DNA from: Raillietiella orientalis
Lineage: Eukaryota
Length of the DNA stretch: 64,000 bases
Assembly (NCBI GenBank): GCA_036172245.1
Contig: JAYWIR010000031.1
Coordinates: 558,001-622,000, forward strand
Direction of reading: 5' to 3'
Part shown: piece by piece, positions 26,401 to 39,690 of the stretch
Numbering within the stretch: position 1 is the first letter of the stretch
Layout: the number at the start of each line of letters is the position of its first letter
Notes under the pieces: model-generated
The model's input: the letters and a program-made list of their open reading frames with translations, nothing else
Told to the model about the DNA's origin: nothing
The model's database searches: none
Program-made: the position numbers and the translations under genes

Positions 26401-29400
26401 ATGGATTGACCTCACAAGAAAGTTTCCTTTGCTTAAATATAACAGAATCTTTTCCTTTTTATTTATGAAGAAGAATTGAACTCTAGTTGGAAAATGCTGA
26501 GCTATAGTCGAGATTTTTCCTGTTTTGATAAACAGGAAAAATTCCGACACTCCCATATACTTTGTATTGTGTGCCATCTTCTTCCCTTGTTGGAAATATC
26601 TTGGGGTCGCTTTCAAACTTCCAGTAAGCAGGGAGAGCTCTGCTTCGTATTTGAGGGAACACCTCGACAGCAAAGAAAGGGTAGTGTTTTACATCTGCGG
26701 GCATTTTTCCAATTGCCAAAGTCACTGGACCGTGTGCCGAGTTCTGTAGCGCTCAACACATTACCAAGAATCTCTCTGAGAGTGCTTCGAGATTGCTTCC
26801 AATGCATTTTCCAGAGTTGCTTTCTCGCCTCCAATTTTGGCTGACTCTGCATATAGCACGTCACTTTCTTTTTTCCTTTTGCCTGAATGCATTTCTAAAA
26901 CAAGCATCACCTTCAATCCCTACTCGTTTCAATATCTGATCTTGTTTCATCCTTCCTTTGACTATAATGGATATCAAAGTCCTAATTCTAAGAAGTTAGG
27001 TGGCTTTACTTATTCCTCCTTTACTTATTCGTTTCTGCCAAACACAGGGATCGCTGTGATGAAAACCGATGAGGTCAGCCGACTGAAACAATTCTTCCTG
27101 CATCATGCTCCATTTCGACTCGACCTTCCTATAGAAAATGAAATTACCCCTCAATGAAAACAAAGGTTGGCTCCTGCTCCTTATTTCTTCCGAGAGAGCA
27201 AACACTTTCCAGATTTCAAATTTCTGAGATGCAGTGCACATCTCAGATGCTTCCTTCTTGGGAAGGCGTTTGGGAAAAAAACAAACCATTAGATTATCGC
27301 ATTCTATCCCATGATCGAGGATCTAAAAATTTCGTTTGAATTGGATGACGCTACTGGAGCGCCTCCTCGCCGTTTGATCTTCGTTCGACCAAGTCTTGAA
27401 CTTTGTGATTTTCTCCTCTGTCGATATCCAGCTGCAGTCCTGAGGACGCCGACATCCAAGGGAACAGGGCGTGGCGCACTGGGACCTGCTGTGGTAAGAC
27501 TCAAGAGCACTAGGAGTCCTTAAAGCACGTGTTCTCTGACGGCGATCCTAACGGCTCTGCTCCTCCCCCGTTGTCAGGTCAGTCCTGTCTTCAGCACGAT
27601 CTGGGAGAGTCCCTTTCTGGACAGAATCCGCCCTCTCTACTGCAGATTTCTCGAGATAATGGTTTCGTGTCTTCTACGGCAATCACATGTCGGCCTTCTT
27701 TTCTCCTGGTTGAACTCTCTTTCTTCTTATTTAATTCGACGAAAAAAAAAACCCAGTCCCATACCGCTCTTCAAATGTGCCTTCCCGTTCCAATGTTTCT
27801 TCTTCCTCAACAGTTTTATTTTTTACTGCCTCTTCTTTCCAGCAGCTTCCCACTCCCATAGTCTCCACCTAGTAAGTTGAAAGCTGAATCTGGAGACAAG
27901 AAACCCTGAAATCCGGAAACTGTTCCCATTTCGGCTGGAACCCCACTCACATCCTGTTTTTCTAGCAGCACCGGAACTTTGCATTTCACCTTTAGTCCCG
28001 GATGAACTCAGTGAAACTCCTTCTCTTGGTGAGCATCCAGTACTCTTCGATCAAGGTAGCTAGTGTGATGGTTCGTTCGATGAGCAGTTAGAAATGCCTG
28101 ATTCTGGCCTCTCGCTTCATTGAGGCAGGTTTTCGCTATCTTCAACTAATCCGCCGAGTTCTCTCAAGCACTATCCTAATCTGAGGGATCCAATCGTATT
28201 GCATCGCTTGTTACTCGGAATCTGCCTCCGCAACACTTCCGGTTTTTGTCATCACAATATTGTACTGACAAATAGAAGCTACAATCAATCTTTATCTGAC
28301 CATCATCACTCTCGTTGCATCACTGGTGTGCATGATTATCACGCGCGCACACAGCATTTCATCTCTTCAATCTTCCTTGAAATTCCAGTCCTGCAAATTA
28401 TCTCAATCTTCTCCCGTTTTTTCTCATCGCTCGCACCTCTCAAGAGAACTCACTTGTGTCTTTTCGAAGGATGTCTCACATTCCTGAGAACCGATTTCCA
28501 TCGAAACGGCTCATCCTCCGTTCTTCTCACTCCCTACAGTTCTTCTGCGCAAGATCAGACGCATCAAGATGTTTTGTTATTAGTCGATATTGCGAGGAAC
28601 GGTGTCAGGATCCCGAAGAATTCTCGGCAAGATTTATGGTGATCCTGAATCATCCTGTTTGTTCAGTCATTCTGAAATTCACGAATTTCGAGCTGAACGC
28701 CAGTGAAACTTTACGGAAGGCAAGGAACAAACAGGTCAGAGGATGGAACAGAACATGGAAAATCTAAGAAAAACAAGTAAGTGATATCATCCTTAACATG
28801 AAAAAAAAAAACAAAAACAAATGCAAAAACAAAGACTCTGAGATATGGGATGATGCATCAAGGATTTTCGATTTCTGCATGCTTATGACCACCTTTTTTC
28901 TTGTTGCTATGGAGGCAGCTAGGGGTAGTGAATGTTGATCCTGAAAACCCTTCCGATGAGAATGAACAATAGAAGATGCCATCATAGCGTTACGATCTCT
29001 TGGAATATTCTAGAGACAAGTTCAAGTTTTGGAAAATAGGGACTGCTCAATCTCTTATTGAGCAGTTTGAAACTTTAATGCAAAAAAGCTTTGAAACCGC
29101 AAACTTTGCAAAAGAGGAACCTTAAAACGTTTTCTGAAACGAATTGGGATGCAAAACCGACGTCGCCTCCAGCGGAAGTATCAGTCTCTGCGACTTTCGG
29201 TCCAGTTCAGCTTGAGTAAATGATTGCGGACTTGACCAGGTATTCGACGTATTTTTGCTGCGGTTCGCTGTGCATTGCATGGGCAGAAGACTTGGTCCTC
29301 TCTAGCAGCGCACGCAAACAAAAGCAAGAGACTCCGCATTTCCGATGATGCCATCAATGCAAGCATTTTCGCAGGTCGTCTTATTGACTTCACAGAGGTC

Positions 29401-30687
29401 AGCTGGTGCTGCTGCGTTAGCGCGAGACATGGACAAACCCCGTCTTTGGTTTCTTCAATATTTGTACGCTTTTTCAATCATTTCTCCCTCCCTATGGCTT
29501 CCTGCTTGCACAGGTCCTCGGAACGTTCTAGAAGAAAGTTAGGCAGAGATCGGAAGTGAGTCAGGAATCAAAATCAGAGAGAGGAACGAAAACAGGATAA
29601 AGAGATAAAAACCCGCAATCAAGAAATGCCGCGAGGGAAAAACAGATTAGCAGCTGATTTCTAAAATCACAACTATAAGGGGGGGAAAAAAATATGCAAA
29701 AATCCGAGGAGACAGAAGAAAAGGGCGCGGCGAACGAACAATTAGAAGATAATAAATGGCAATCTTGAGCTCAAAGAGTCTGAATTCCGAAAGAGGGCCG
29801 TGATCTCCAAGGATTTCTTGCTACTGCAGTTAAATCTTGATGGATTTCAGTGTTACTACTCCGAAAACAAACTTCGGTCAAATGACGGGATAACTAATGT
29901 TCTATTCCAGTAAAAAGCATCTTTTTGCTGTCCGATTGGCTGTAGGCAGAGCTATTGTCAGTAGTAAGTGAAGTTTTCTTTTTTTTGCGCAAATAAATAT
30001 CATGTTCTCATGTCTGAAAACACCTTTTGAAATCATCCGCACATCTTTATGTACAGGTAATCCACTGACAGGTTTTTTTTTCCCCCGCTTCAAAACAGTT
30101 GTGAGTTGCTTTCCCCACAGACAAGAGAGCACGATTTCTTCTCCCATCCCATTGCAGACGTGCAGGACTGTAATTCTTCCTTGCTGTTCTTTGCTAACAG
30201 CATCTTTAGCAGTGCCGTGCGCTTTGGCGCTTTGTTCTTATAAATAATTGTTCCATCAGCATTAGAAATATCGTTTTCATCTCATCTTGCAAAAAGCAAC
30301 GGAAGGAGCTTAAATCGGCATTTCTGCATCCACATCCGGTTTCCTCTATATAATTTTGCATGGTTTCCCTATCACAGTAGCCATCAGTAACTGTCATCAG
30401 ATGCTCGAAATCAAAATTCAATGAACTTCGCGACAGTAGCTTTATGCATGATGCCTCTTCTCGTTAGAAGAGCCAAAGAATACCTAATAATATGAGGCGC
30501 CTCTCAAAAGTAAGTAAGCTTTTCTGCCTCCGTTAGCAGCAGTCCAAAAAGTGAAGCTGATAATTCTCTATGCATCAGATGCAAATAAGAAAAAAAAAAA
30601 AACGGAGGAAGATGGTTGCTAGGTGTGGTGTGAAGTCCGTACTTCTCACCTAGTGGGAATTGCCTGGGAGAGGTGCAGAAGAGTACG

Positions 30688-31060
30688 ATGGTTCCCAAAT
30701 CCGGATGTGGGAATGCGGCAGAGGAGGCTGGTAAAGCTCAGTGGAACTGCACGAAAGGAGGCAAGAAGAAAAATCGGAAGGGAAGAGTCAATTGGTGTGC
30801 ATCTGCAAATAGTTGAAGCAGATGCACTCAGAAACAGGCATCTCGAGCAAGGCCATGTCGATGGAGAGCAGCTTCGTGAACGATATCTTTGAGCGCATCG
30901 CTGCAGAAGCGTACCACTTGTCGCATTACAACAGGCGCGCGACCATCACCAGCCGGAAGGTACAGACGACAGAGCGCCTACTGCTACCGGGGGGGAGGGG
31001 AGGAAGGGAATTGGCCCTTTGGGAAAGCACGAACCAAGCACAGGAACCAGAAATGGGCAC
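30688..31060 (+). pseudogene. H2B: Histone H2B pseudogene (orphon), essentially full length
   Basis: From the ATG at 30688 it reads MVPKSGCGNAAEEAGKAQWNCTKGGKKKNRK (cf. [22 protein letters not shown]). After a frameshift it reads [64 protein letters not shown]...ELA. There is a TAG stop at 30810-30812, and no other histone genes are in the window. Confidence 0.95.
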
Positions 31061-31824
31061 CGCGCAACTGCTGTCGCTCAATCATCTTGCCCGGCCAAAC
31101 CAACAAGAAGGAGAGAGGGAAAGACATCGTAGGACGAATTCATAAATAGAAGGACAACAGGAATAACTCACGACAGTGTGTCAGACCTGCAGAACGAACA
31201 TAGGCTACCGTCCACTTTTTGCTTCTGCACTACGTCCTGTTCCATCATTCGTCTCCTTCAAGAATAATCGGCCTTCCTGGGTGTAACGTCATCCCCTATT
31301 CACGGAAACGCAGCAAAGGAACACGGAAACGATCCTGAGAAAGGAGCCTGGAGAGTGAACAGTACGGAGATAATGCTAAGAGAGGACAAAATCGCCAACG
31401 CCGAGTTGGCGGGAGAAAAAGTTCTCCAAGACACCAGCAGCATCCTTTCTTCTCCCAGAGATCAAGAAGCCATGCGATCCCTCAGTAAGAGACAAGTAAA
31501 GGCAGGTAGCTATGAGGCACTTGGAAGCCGCTCCACTCATGTAGGTTGCCGATTTGAACGTGCAGCAGGGAAAGACGGGAAGGTCTCGCGGAAGGAGGAG
31601 GGATTAGAGCCGAATGCTCTCCGAAAACGAAGTATTTCATGGGTGAGTTCAGCTTGAGAAGGAATTGGAATCCCCACACTTGAGCCGAGTGACAGATGAT
31701 CCGGAGTCCGGAGAGCAAAACAGAAAACAAAAAAAAATTTCGATGCATTAGCACATAGTACTTGAAACAGCGCGTGCTTTTGCATATGCTGCTCTTCCTC
31801 GCAGTACTTGACAGCAGCCGAGTC

Positions 31825-33525
31825 GGTGCGAATTCGAATCCCAGCCTGGGAAAGATCGACACAGAGAATGGGAGATGCGTCGTGGGTTTCGAGTCCCCCA
31901 GTAGGATGGGTGGCTAATTCGGATGCGGAGGAACTGGTTGACACCTGAACACGCCGGGCAGCTTATTTATAAAAATAAACATACACGACCGTGGAGCAGG
32001 ACGTTGGATCTTGCCACCTTACTTATAAATACAAGAAGGAACCTCATAGGAACTGGCGCGCAGGCCGGAGGGATTTCGCCTCTGCAGCAGAGGGGAAGGG
32101 GAGACAAATAAAAGAAAAACAGAAAACGAAAAATTCAGTCAAAGAATGGGGAATTCGGGAAGGGATCACCGTGTTCTGGAGGGTGTCCTCTGCATCCTTG
32201 TAAGGATGCCGGAAGTTCCTGTTTCATGACTCCCAGATGGGCACATCTTGACGCTGCCCTCATGAAGATTACAGAAAAATAGATGGCATCCCTGTCGTTC
32301 CGGCCTCCTCTGGCGTTGCTCCATGCAGCCACGGTCCCGTCGCGTAGGCAACAGAGTACTGCTATTGATGCGGCCGGCATGACGGCGTCGCTCATGAAGA
32401 GGCGCTTTAAAAAGTCTCTAGCGTTGTCTCCGAGGATTCCAAGTGTCAAGGTAGAGCGTCTCCAAAGGAGTCGGAGGGCAACACAGGCCACCAGTTGATG
32501 CGGGAGGGATTCCTGCTCCCCGTACCATGCACAGTTTAGGTCCACACCCCACCGTGTCCAGTGATGCCGACGGGGGCTGCACGGAAGACCCCAGTGCAGC
32601 AGCATCAAAGCCGGATCCTGCCACTTCAAGGGAATGGTGCGCGTGTTCATAAGTACTGGAGGCCACTGCAGGTCTTCCTCCGGAATATCCAGCAGCACTC
32701 CCCAGCGCAAAAGTCCACGAGGTCGAGCTATCGGTGTCGCAGTGTCGGTGGCTGACTTGGCTTCCACTCGCGCAGGCTTCTTATCCTTCCGGTGATTTCC
32801 ACAGCAACCTCCCATCTGACCGTAAGCTGTTGTCCATGTGTTCCCTGGACTGGTTCTGGCCCTGGTGGAATCCGGATGTCCCTGGCCGAGATTGGAAGTT
32901 GATCCTCTGGGGTCCTTCCAGGAACCAAGGAGACAGTTTCGAAGTTCTCCTCCGGTTGTGAAAATGGGGCCGTCCTCCTTCTCGGGGTGGACTCTATATC
33001 GCGTTCCATGAAGCTGTTTGACACCCTTATCGGGGTTGCCTCTCCAGAGTGTTAAGGAGCGCGGTGCTCCCTTCGGGAGCGACGCCTCGAAGAAACTTGG
33101 GGCGTCCTTTCGGGGTTAGAGAAGGTGCAAACAAAGAGCAGTTACCTTGCGGGTTCCCTCTGGAGAAAAAATTCCAGGAGAAGATCCTTTTCTTGTGGTG
33201 CTTCCGGAGAGAACAAGGGAGAGGTCTTCTTTGGAGACAACCAGGGAGAAGGTTCCTTTCGGAATTCCTTACCTAGAGTAAGAGAAGAATAGACTCCTTC
33301 TTCTGGAGCCTTCCTGAATTCAGAGTGGTTCCTCTGGGGTTACCCCTTATAAAGTGAGGAGTTACGTGCACCCTCGGGTGGCTTGGGCAGTCTTTAAAGA
33401 GCTTCGGGAGTCCCCCTAAGGAGAACGGTTCTTCAGTACTCTTTGAGGATTACAATAGAAAGAAGAGAAATCTGGAAGAAAAGCAGCAAAAGCGGAATAA
33501 TTCAAAAGGTTTTCTATCTTTCTAG
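31825..33525. repeat. Interspersed non-coding repeat, copy B (inverted relative to A and C), interrupted by a LINE 3' fragment
   Basis: The reverse complement of 32860-33525 aligns along its length with 42258-42890 (e.g. CTGAAGAACCGTTC, AAGCTCTTTAA, GCCACCC, CTCCTGGAATTT, ACACTCTGGAGAG). 31825-31938 matches the tRNA-like block (GGGACTCGAAACCCACGACG). Confidence 0.85.
31939..32850 (-). mobile_element. L1/Tx1-type LINE, 5'-truncated (ORF2 C-terminal zinc-binding region plus 3' UTR)
   Basis: ORF 32135..32815 contains PLKWQDPALMLLHWGLP...CAWYGEQESLPHQLVACVALRLLW, a zf-RVT/CCHC-like region of L1/Tx1 ORF2. A T-rich 3' UTR follows. It aligns at DNA level with 42893-43526. Confidence 0.82.
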
Positions 33526-33979
33526 GCCAATAGTAACGACCTCCCAGTGAGGTCGCCACTGATCGTTTCTAAAGTATATATATACATAAAGGAAAAAAAA
33601 GCACCAACTGATCTAGATTGCATCATCATGTGCTCTACACGTATTTTCCAAGATTGTTAACATTGGTCTGTTCCCCCCAGAAAGTATAAGCGATTATGAA
33701 CTCTCATTAATATCTGTTTTTGCACACTCAATCCGCCCTGTAGGATTCAGGTAACTAAGCAACGAGTATTCAGAAAGCTGGAGAGCATCTATGGAAAGGA
33801 AGATACGCTTCGGTTCTCTTGTTGCTTGCATCTGCAATGGAATCTCTTCGATCGAAACCGATTCGAAGGAAATCTAAGACCGGAACACTTACGCTGTTAC
33901 ACAAAGGAACTTGGGGCAAACACAAGGCTTACGAAGGCCAGCTTGAAAGTTGCTCGAACACTCGGTGAACAAATATCAA

Positions 33980-36900
33980 AGATCAACAGCATTCGATTTC
34001 CGAAAGTCTCCATCAAGCTTTTTTAAGAGGACAAGGTCATTACGGAATTGTAGAGTGGAAAAGAACACCAACAGTGTTCCTGCAACATCCAAATGATTTG
34101 CCAGCGATGCTGGTTGCAGGCGAAGTCCCCGGAACTGACTGCGGAGGTGGACAACCCAAGATGAAAGCGAGCGCTCCAAGGCTTTCCGCGGAAGCAAAAA
34201 TTCCAGTACCCAACACAGAGATGCATGAAAATTGCATGGAAATCAGTGGAATTCCTTGAGCCAATCACCTCATCCAGGCTGCTGCTTTGCTGAAAGCAAA
34301 TTCTGGAAACGAAACTTCTTCCTGGTCCATTGATCTCGGGAAGAGCTCCGGGAGAGCAAATGCTGCATTCTGCTCCAGACTGCACAAGAGCTGAAACGAG
34401 AATCCAGCAGCCAGTGAGCTTTGCTATTCCTCTTCCCGTTCTACCGGAGCAGTGTTCTGATAACATTTGATTCTGATGAGTTATTTGATGGTGAGGGTGT
34501 GCAGATCAGGAGTTGAAATGATTCCCCGCTCGCTTCAAAACAGCATCACGCCCGACAACGTCAGTCTGATGTGACACACCGTGTTCAGAGAGGAAGAAAT
34601 ATGTATCCAGACGGATTTTCTGGATGATTGAAAGCACTCTTCTATGGAAACTCAACTGGCTTGACGTGAAGGCAAATGAAAACAAAAAGACTTTTTTGGT
34701 TTACCCGGATGAACAGCAGCACCAAATGGTACATTTCAGGAGTTCCTGTACAGATGAAACACACTTGCTGCTGGAACACAGTTGGTGTCCTCAGGCTGTT
34801 CTCTAAAAGTTATCACTCTGGATTTTTCCATAGTATGTGAGTTCGCGCATAAAAACCTGTAGAGAATGCTTCTTCCGACTGAACTTCGTTGTACTTCTGT
34901 GATGAAAGGAAGAATCGATCGTTGTACAAGAAGCTATGCTTCGGGTGAACAAGATAGAACATTTCGAGAACAAGATATTCGATTCCAGAGAGATTCTCTT
35001 TGGGTAAAATTAAAACCAGGACTTCCCATCCCGTCACTGATAAGTAACTCGGGGATTAGAGAACTTCTTCACTTCGGTTACTCAATTCGATGCTGACCAA
35101 TGCAAGCAGTGGTCAGTGAGGAAATTTTGTCCGAATAATAAACCTGAGCTCGGGCTCCTGGTCTATGCGAGTATTTCTTTCGCCTTTTACTAAATAAACC
35201 TGAAATCTCTATGAGAAAAATTCGAAAGAAATCAATGTGCAAATCAACAACAGTTAGTAACCATGGAATCTTTAAGGCAACGCTTTAATAACTCTCTCTG
35301 CAAGAGCAGTTCAGTGGTCAGGCATTCTATTACCTGAAACTAATACCGGAGCTACACGATATGAAAAAAATTGCTCTGGAGGCTTACAGAATCTAAATAG
35401 AACTGCAGGGAGGAATGGTGAAGATTCAGATTCAATATTCTTTTCATCTAGGTTATTAAATCTCTTGACAGCAGCGCATTGTAATCCTCAATGCTATTGA
35501 AAATAAGCATGTTGTTATCGCCAACTCCATAGAGGATTCATTCAGCAACTCCATTCCCTTGAAAAGAAGTGTTTCTATGTGAGTTGCATGGGAAAACATC
35601 GGAAAAATAATATTGTATTATTTTGAATAGCAGCACTAAGATTAACGGAAGATTTCAGTTGCAGTTCTAGGAAATGTGGTATATCCATGGCAAAGTTCTC
35701 TGGGCTCATGCATGCATCCGTCGCTTGGCCAAATACCTACCATTAGGCATCCCAGAATGTATTTTCATTTTCTCGATCCCGACACTTAATAGGGATAATA
35801 TTTTAAAATGAGGTTCCTTTCAAGTTGTGTAATGCGAGCCCTGACAGGGGAAACGAAATTTTTGTTGAAGATTATCATTCTTCAAACCAGTGGGAGAGGC
35901 TCAGGATGGTTCATGCGCCTCAGCATGGGTGTTCTGGTAATCAGGAAGCTCAAATGAAAGAATCCTGGTTTTGCACCAGGTGGGATCAGCAAGACGTTAC
36001 GTGAGGGCTTCAGGATTCTGTTTTCTCATATTTGTTTATGTCTTCTTCCCATCTGTGCTATTAAAAATAAATGAAACACTGAGAGAAAGACCTCATGCTC
36101 TCGTTGTGGGGATCGATATCTCCTCGGCCGCCCGCAAAATTCTATGAAATATTTGAGGGCATTCGGTACGCTCGATTCGTCCGGGAGTAACAGCTGAAGT
36201 CGTTCCCATGGCAGAACACCGGGGAAGCAAACAAGGGAACAGCGAAGTTTGGAATCCTTGGTTTTATTCTTCCCTATCCATTTCACCATTAGCGTTGCGA
36301 GCAAGGGCATTGGGCTGAACTGTGCATGCACGGCATCTTCGACCACCCTTTTCCGCACGAGGGTTCGCATCCACTGAACCCGCCGGCAGGATCAGACACT
36401 TTCAGAAGGCTGCAACCTTCTTGGATCTGAAATTCGTATACATTCCTCATAAATGGGTTTGTGGGGCTACGAAATTCCTTTGGGCCTTCCTTACAGTAAA
36501 CTTACGAATTTGAATCGTTCACCATTTCTTATTCTCAAGGGCATTTCTTTCTTTCCGCCTCTTAAAGAGTGCACATGCACCAATGTTTTGCTGCGTTAAG
36601 ATTACTTTTACTCGTGAAATGTCTCAAATAATAGCTGGGCTCTGTGTTTTTTCAAGAACAGATGTATCTTCACAGTAGTTGGGAATCTTCACAGCACGGT
36701 AAAGCAGATGCCTGATGCGGAAATCTTTCCAAGGAGGCAGCAGCCTCTTACCAGACAGATTACTTATCAGGCAAAAAGAAAACGATTTTGAACGCCGAAG
36801 AATACATGAAACGGAGAGTGAAGTCTTCTGTGGCTTCTTCGTTGCGCGGATCGTTTGCGCGGCCGTGGGCTTCCCATCCTGAGAAGAAACACGGTTAATT
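33980..36900 (-). pseudogene. Degenerate NACHT-LRR (NLR-like) gene relic
   Basis: Ordered minus-strand motifs: VFLL/DGKPTAAQTI (Walker A-like, ~36880), AFKIVFFLP, FSPMPLLATLMVKW (PxxL HD1 motif, ~36310), GFFHLSF (winged-helix FxHLSFQE motif, ~35955), then RI-type LRR-like KLTGCWILVSAL and QSSSLDEVIGSRN (~34250-34430). Confidence 0.5.
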
Positions 36901-38144
36901 AGCTATTCATTGAGACACTCCCGCAGAAAAAAAAAAAAAAAAAAAAGTGTTTCAGGAACGCTCGACGATCGAAGGGACAAAAAAAGATCAATTAGAAGAA
37001 GAAGAAACCGAGTTGGTGAGGGCTCGTTTGAATTCTTAAGGAATCCCGGATGGAATGCGCTTCGTGGTGCTGCTTTCTTGGTGGAAGAGACAGAAAAGGC
37101 GGGATTTCCGGATGGAATATACGAAGGAGAGACCCTCTTGTTCATTAGATGGGATGCTCTGCACGGAAACTCGAGGACCGGGAGGAGATCTTTCGTGAGG
37201 GGAAAAAAAAAAAAAAAAAAAAAACACTTCCCGCGGCCAAAGGTGGAACAGAAGTGGTAATTTGGGACCTGGTGGAAGGAAAACTTCGCACGCCACGCAA
37301 AGAGCTCAGCATTCCAGCAGCTGAGGCGATCTCTCGCTTCAGTTGCTGAAGAAATCGTGCTCAAGTTAAGACGAGGCTGCTAGCACGAAAGGAATGCAAG
37401 GCGAATGACTAGAAACGGAGTCTGCATTCTTTATAAATATCTATTAATAGTTTAAGATACATCCTAGAATGTCCATAATTTTAGATAAGAATCTACAATT
37501 GCAGCTGACTTGATTTATAGTTTTTGATTTCAGAATGATCAAACCTATTAACCTAGTCGAAATCATTTCATTAGGAGCCGGTGCCAATTCCACACTGCAA
37601 TTTTAATTTGGTCTGCAAAACAGATTGAGAAAATAGAAAAAAACAACAACCGTTCTTCGGTTCTATCAAGTTCTATCAGTGACATCACTCTGGGCAAATA
37701 CAGTGATGAATCGTACAAGTATGGGTGAGGGGTGAAAGGAAGGGGAGCGGAGGAGGGAATACGTTCTGCAAGATGGAAACTCAATTCTCAGAATTCAAGC
37801 TGTTCTTGCTTACGAAGCATCCGTGGTTGGAGCCATCCCTACTCATACGTGGCTGCTGCTGAGAAAAGTGGTTTGATTTTTGAGTGCTGAACCCACGTGG
37901 ATGTTGCGCGACACCATCCCGACTTCCTCCCACTATCTCCCAGGGCAATTTTCTCGTCGCTTGGGATTCGAAAAACAGTTAGCTGAGGGACAGAAACGAA
38001 ACACAAAAAAAAAATTCTTTTGCAATTCATCACCGAAGTCGCCTTTTCTTTATTCGATTCTTTCATTTGTTTGATGCTTCGACTTCTCGCTTGTTTGCTT
38101 CTTCATCGCAGGAAACTCCTTCTCCATTTCAACACGCAAAACAC

Positions 38145-38200
38145 TTTCCATACGTGATTCCACCCCTATCACGTATGGTGATTTCCATACGTGATAGGGG
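38145..38200. repeat. Perfect 16-bp-stem hairpin plus adjacent 14-bp direct repeat
   Basis: CCCCTATCACGTATGG (38163-38178) pairs with CCATACGTGATAGGGG (38185-38200) around a 6-nt loop. TTTCCATACGTGAT occurs at both 38145-38158 and 38182-38195. Confidence 0.9.
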
Positions 38201-38869
38201 CGTCAGGACGAACTGAGATACGTTTCCGTATCTTCGTCAAGAAAACGCTCCTTTCGTGTGAGAGGAGTTCACCAGGACGTTTTCGCTTTTCGAACGTTCC
38301 TTTCGCTTTTGCATCGCGAGATAAAGAACTCAAACGAGGAGATGCATGAAAGCTGCGCCGGTCCACGGATGAGAGTGCGAGTCGTCGGGTAGGCCTCCAT
38401 GAAGCAAGGAAATCCAATGCAAAAAGAAAAACAAAGGTTTCGAACAAGCGTGAAGAACAGAAGCCAAAAGCGCACTTTCGAGTACCACACCCAAGAACTA
38501 CGAGGAATGTCAGCGAAAATAAAAGATGCGACCATTGAATCTTCCCATTCGGGGGAAGGCCTTAATTCGGCTCAGGGGATTCTAGGGAAGAAGTTGTAAT
38601 TCTCAGGGAAAAGGAAGAGGTCTTGAGGGTAAAGGCTTCAGGCACGCACGAAGCTACAAGTCGCTACTGTCTTCGCGGAAGGCACCTTATCGTTTATTTC
38701 GGGATTATGTTTTGGGTGCATTTATCAACGACTCGCACTGTTTCCTCCTCTTCAAAGAGCCTTCCTGCCTAGGTCCGAGAGGATCACTTCGGGCAACCCC
38801 CCATTCTCCAGTCTATTTCGCTTTGGCTCGACAGTTCTTTTTGTAGGGGTAGAATTCTTTCCGAAGAGC

Positions 38870-39690
38870 TTCCGTTGCTTCGAGAGCCACGAGGGCACGG
38901 AAATTATCCACTTGTGTGCCGACTTGATTTTTCAGCTTTCAGATTTTCAGTCCGTGGTTCCCATTTTTTCCCTTTCAGAGATCCCTTTTTAGATTGGGCA
39001 CCTCATCTTGTGAAGATCAGAATAACAGCCGCCGTTACTAGCGAAAGGGCCGTCCCACCCTGCACTAATGTGATTGGATCGGTTGAACAGCTTCCAGCTT
39101 ATAGAAGCGACGTCCACACTTTGCAAGGAGAAAGCATTTTGGGGCCTGTAATGAACCAGAACAAGAACCAGTTTTGATTAATGAAGACGAAAAAAAGTGG
39201 GAACAGTAACACTATGGATGCTGGCTACCTTGACAACGGACTCGAAGGCAAGCTGTTCTTCATTTTCGAATATCGACCATCCACTGAGCAAGAAGCACCG
39301 AGGGAGAGCATGGTGACCTCAGCCAATCCCAAACTGTGTGCTCTAATGCCAGGATACAATTATGAGGAGGTCTTTAAGAACACGACAAGTTTGCGCGATT
39401 TCTTTCCTGATTTGCTCCTTCCGTTCTTTTTGCTGTTGTTGTTTTTTTCCTTTACGAAAAGTTATCTTCAGTTACCGACTCAGGTCATGCCCCTCCAAAT
39501 CATCCAGCCGCACGCGCGGATGCGGCACGAAAAAGTCCACAAGCGTAAACACGCTGAGGAACCATCGAGCTGACCTCTACGCGAACGTCCGAGAAAGCTT
39601 TCTCGGACGTGATTCTGCTGCGCACAACGGGCATCTGCAGCAGGACCATTTTGCCATCGTCCTGTTATCTCTGCCTGAGATAACAGGGGC
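38870..39690 (+). pseudogene. Ankyrin-repeat gene relic
   Basis: GSVEQLPAYRSDVHTLQGESIL, MPLQIIQPHARMRHEKV and VNTLRNHRADLYA...DSAAHNGHL resemble the ankyrin consensus (TPLHxAAxxGHxxVVxxLLxxGADV). Frameshifted. Confidence 0.5.
39585..39610. repeat. Perfect 26-bp palindrome
   Basis: ACGTCCGAGAAAGCTTTCTCGGACGT equals its own reverse complement. The peptide VRESFLGR appears in ORFs on both strands. Confidence 0.95.

Noticed and set aside
30350..30425. AAA+ lid-like text (DFEHLMTVTDGY)
   Set aside because: Isolated, with no Walker motifs nearby.
36927..37223. Long poly(A) runs (similar poly(T) at ~5333, ~17460, ~19556) as retrocopy tails
   Set aside because: No associated TSDs or recognisable upstream element, and homopolymers are common across the window.
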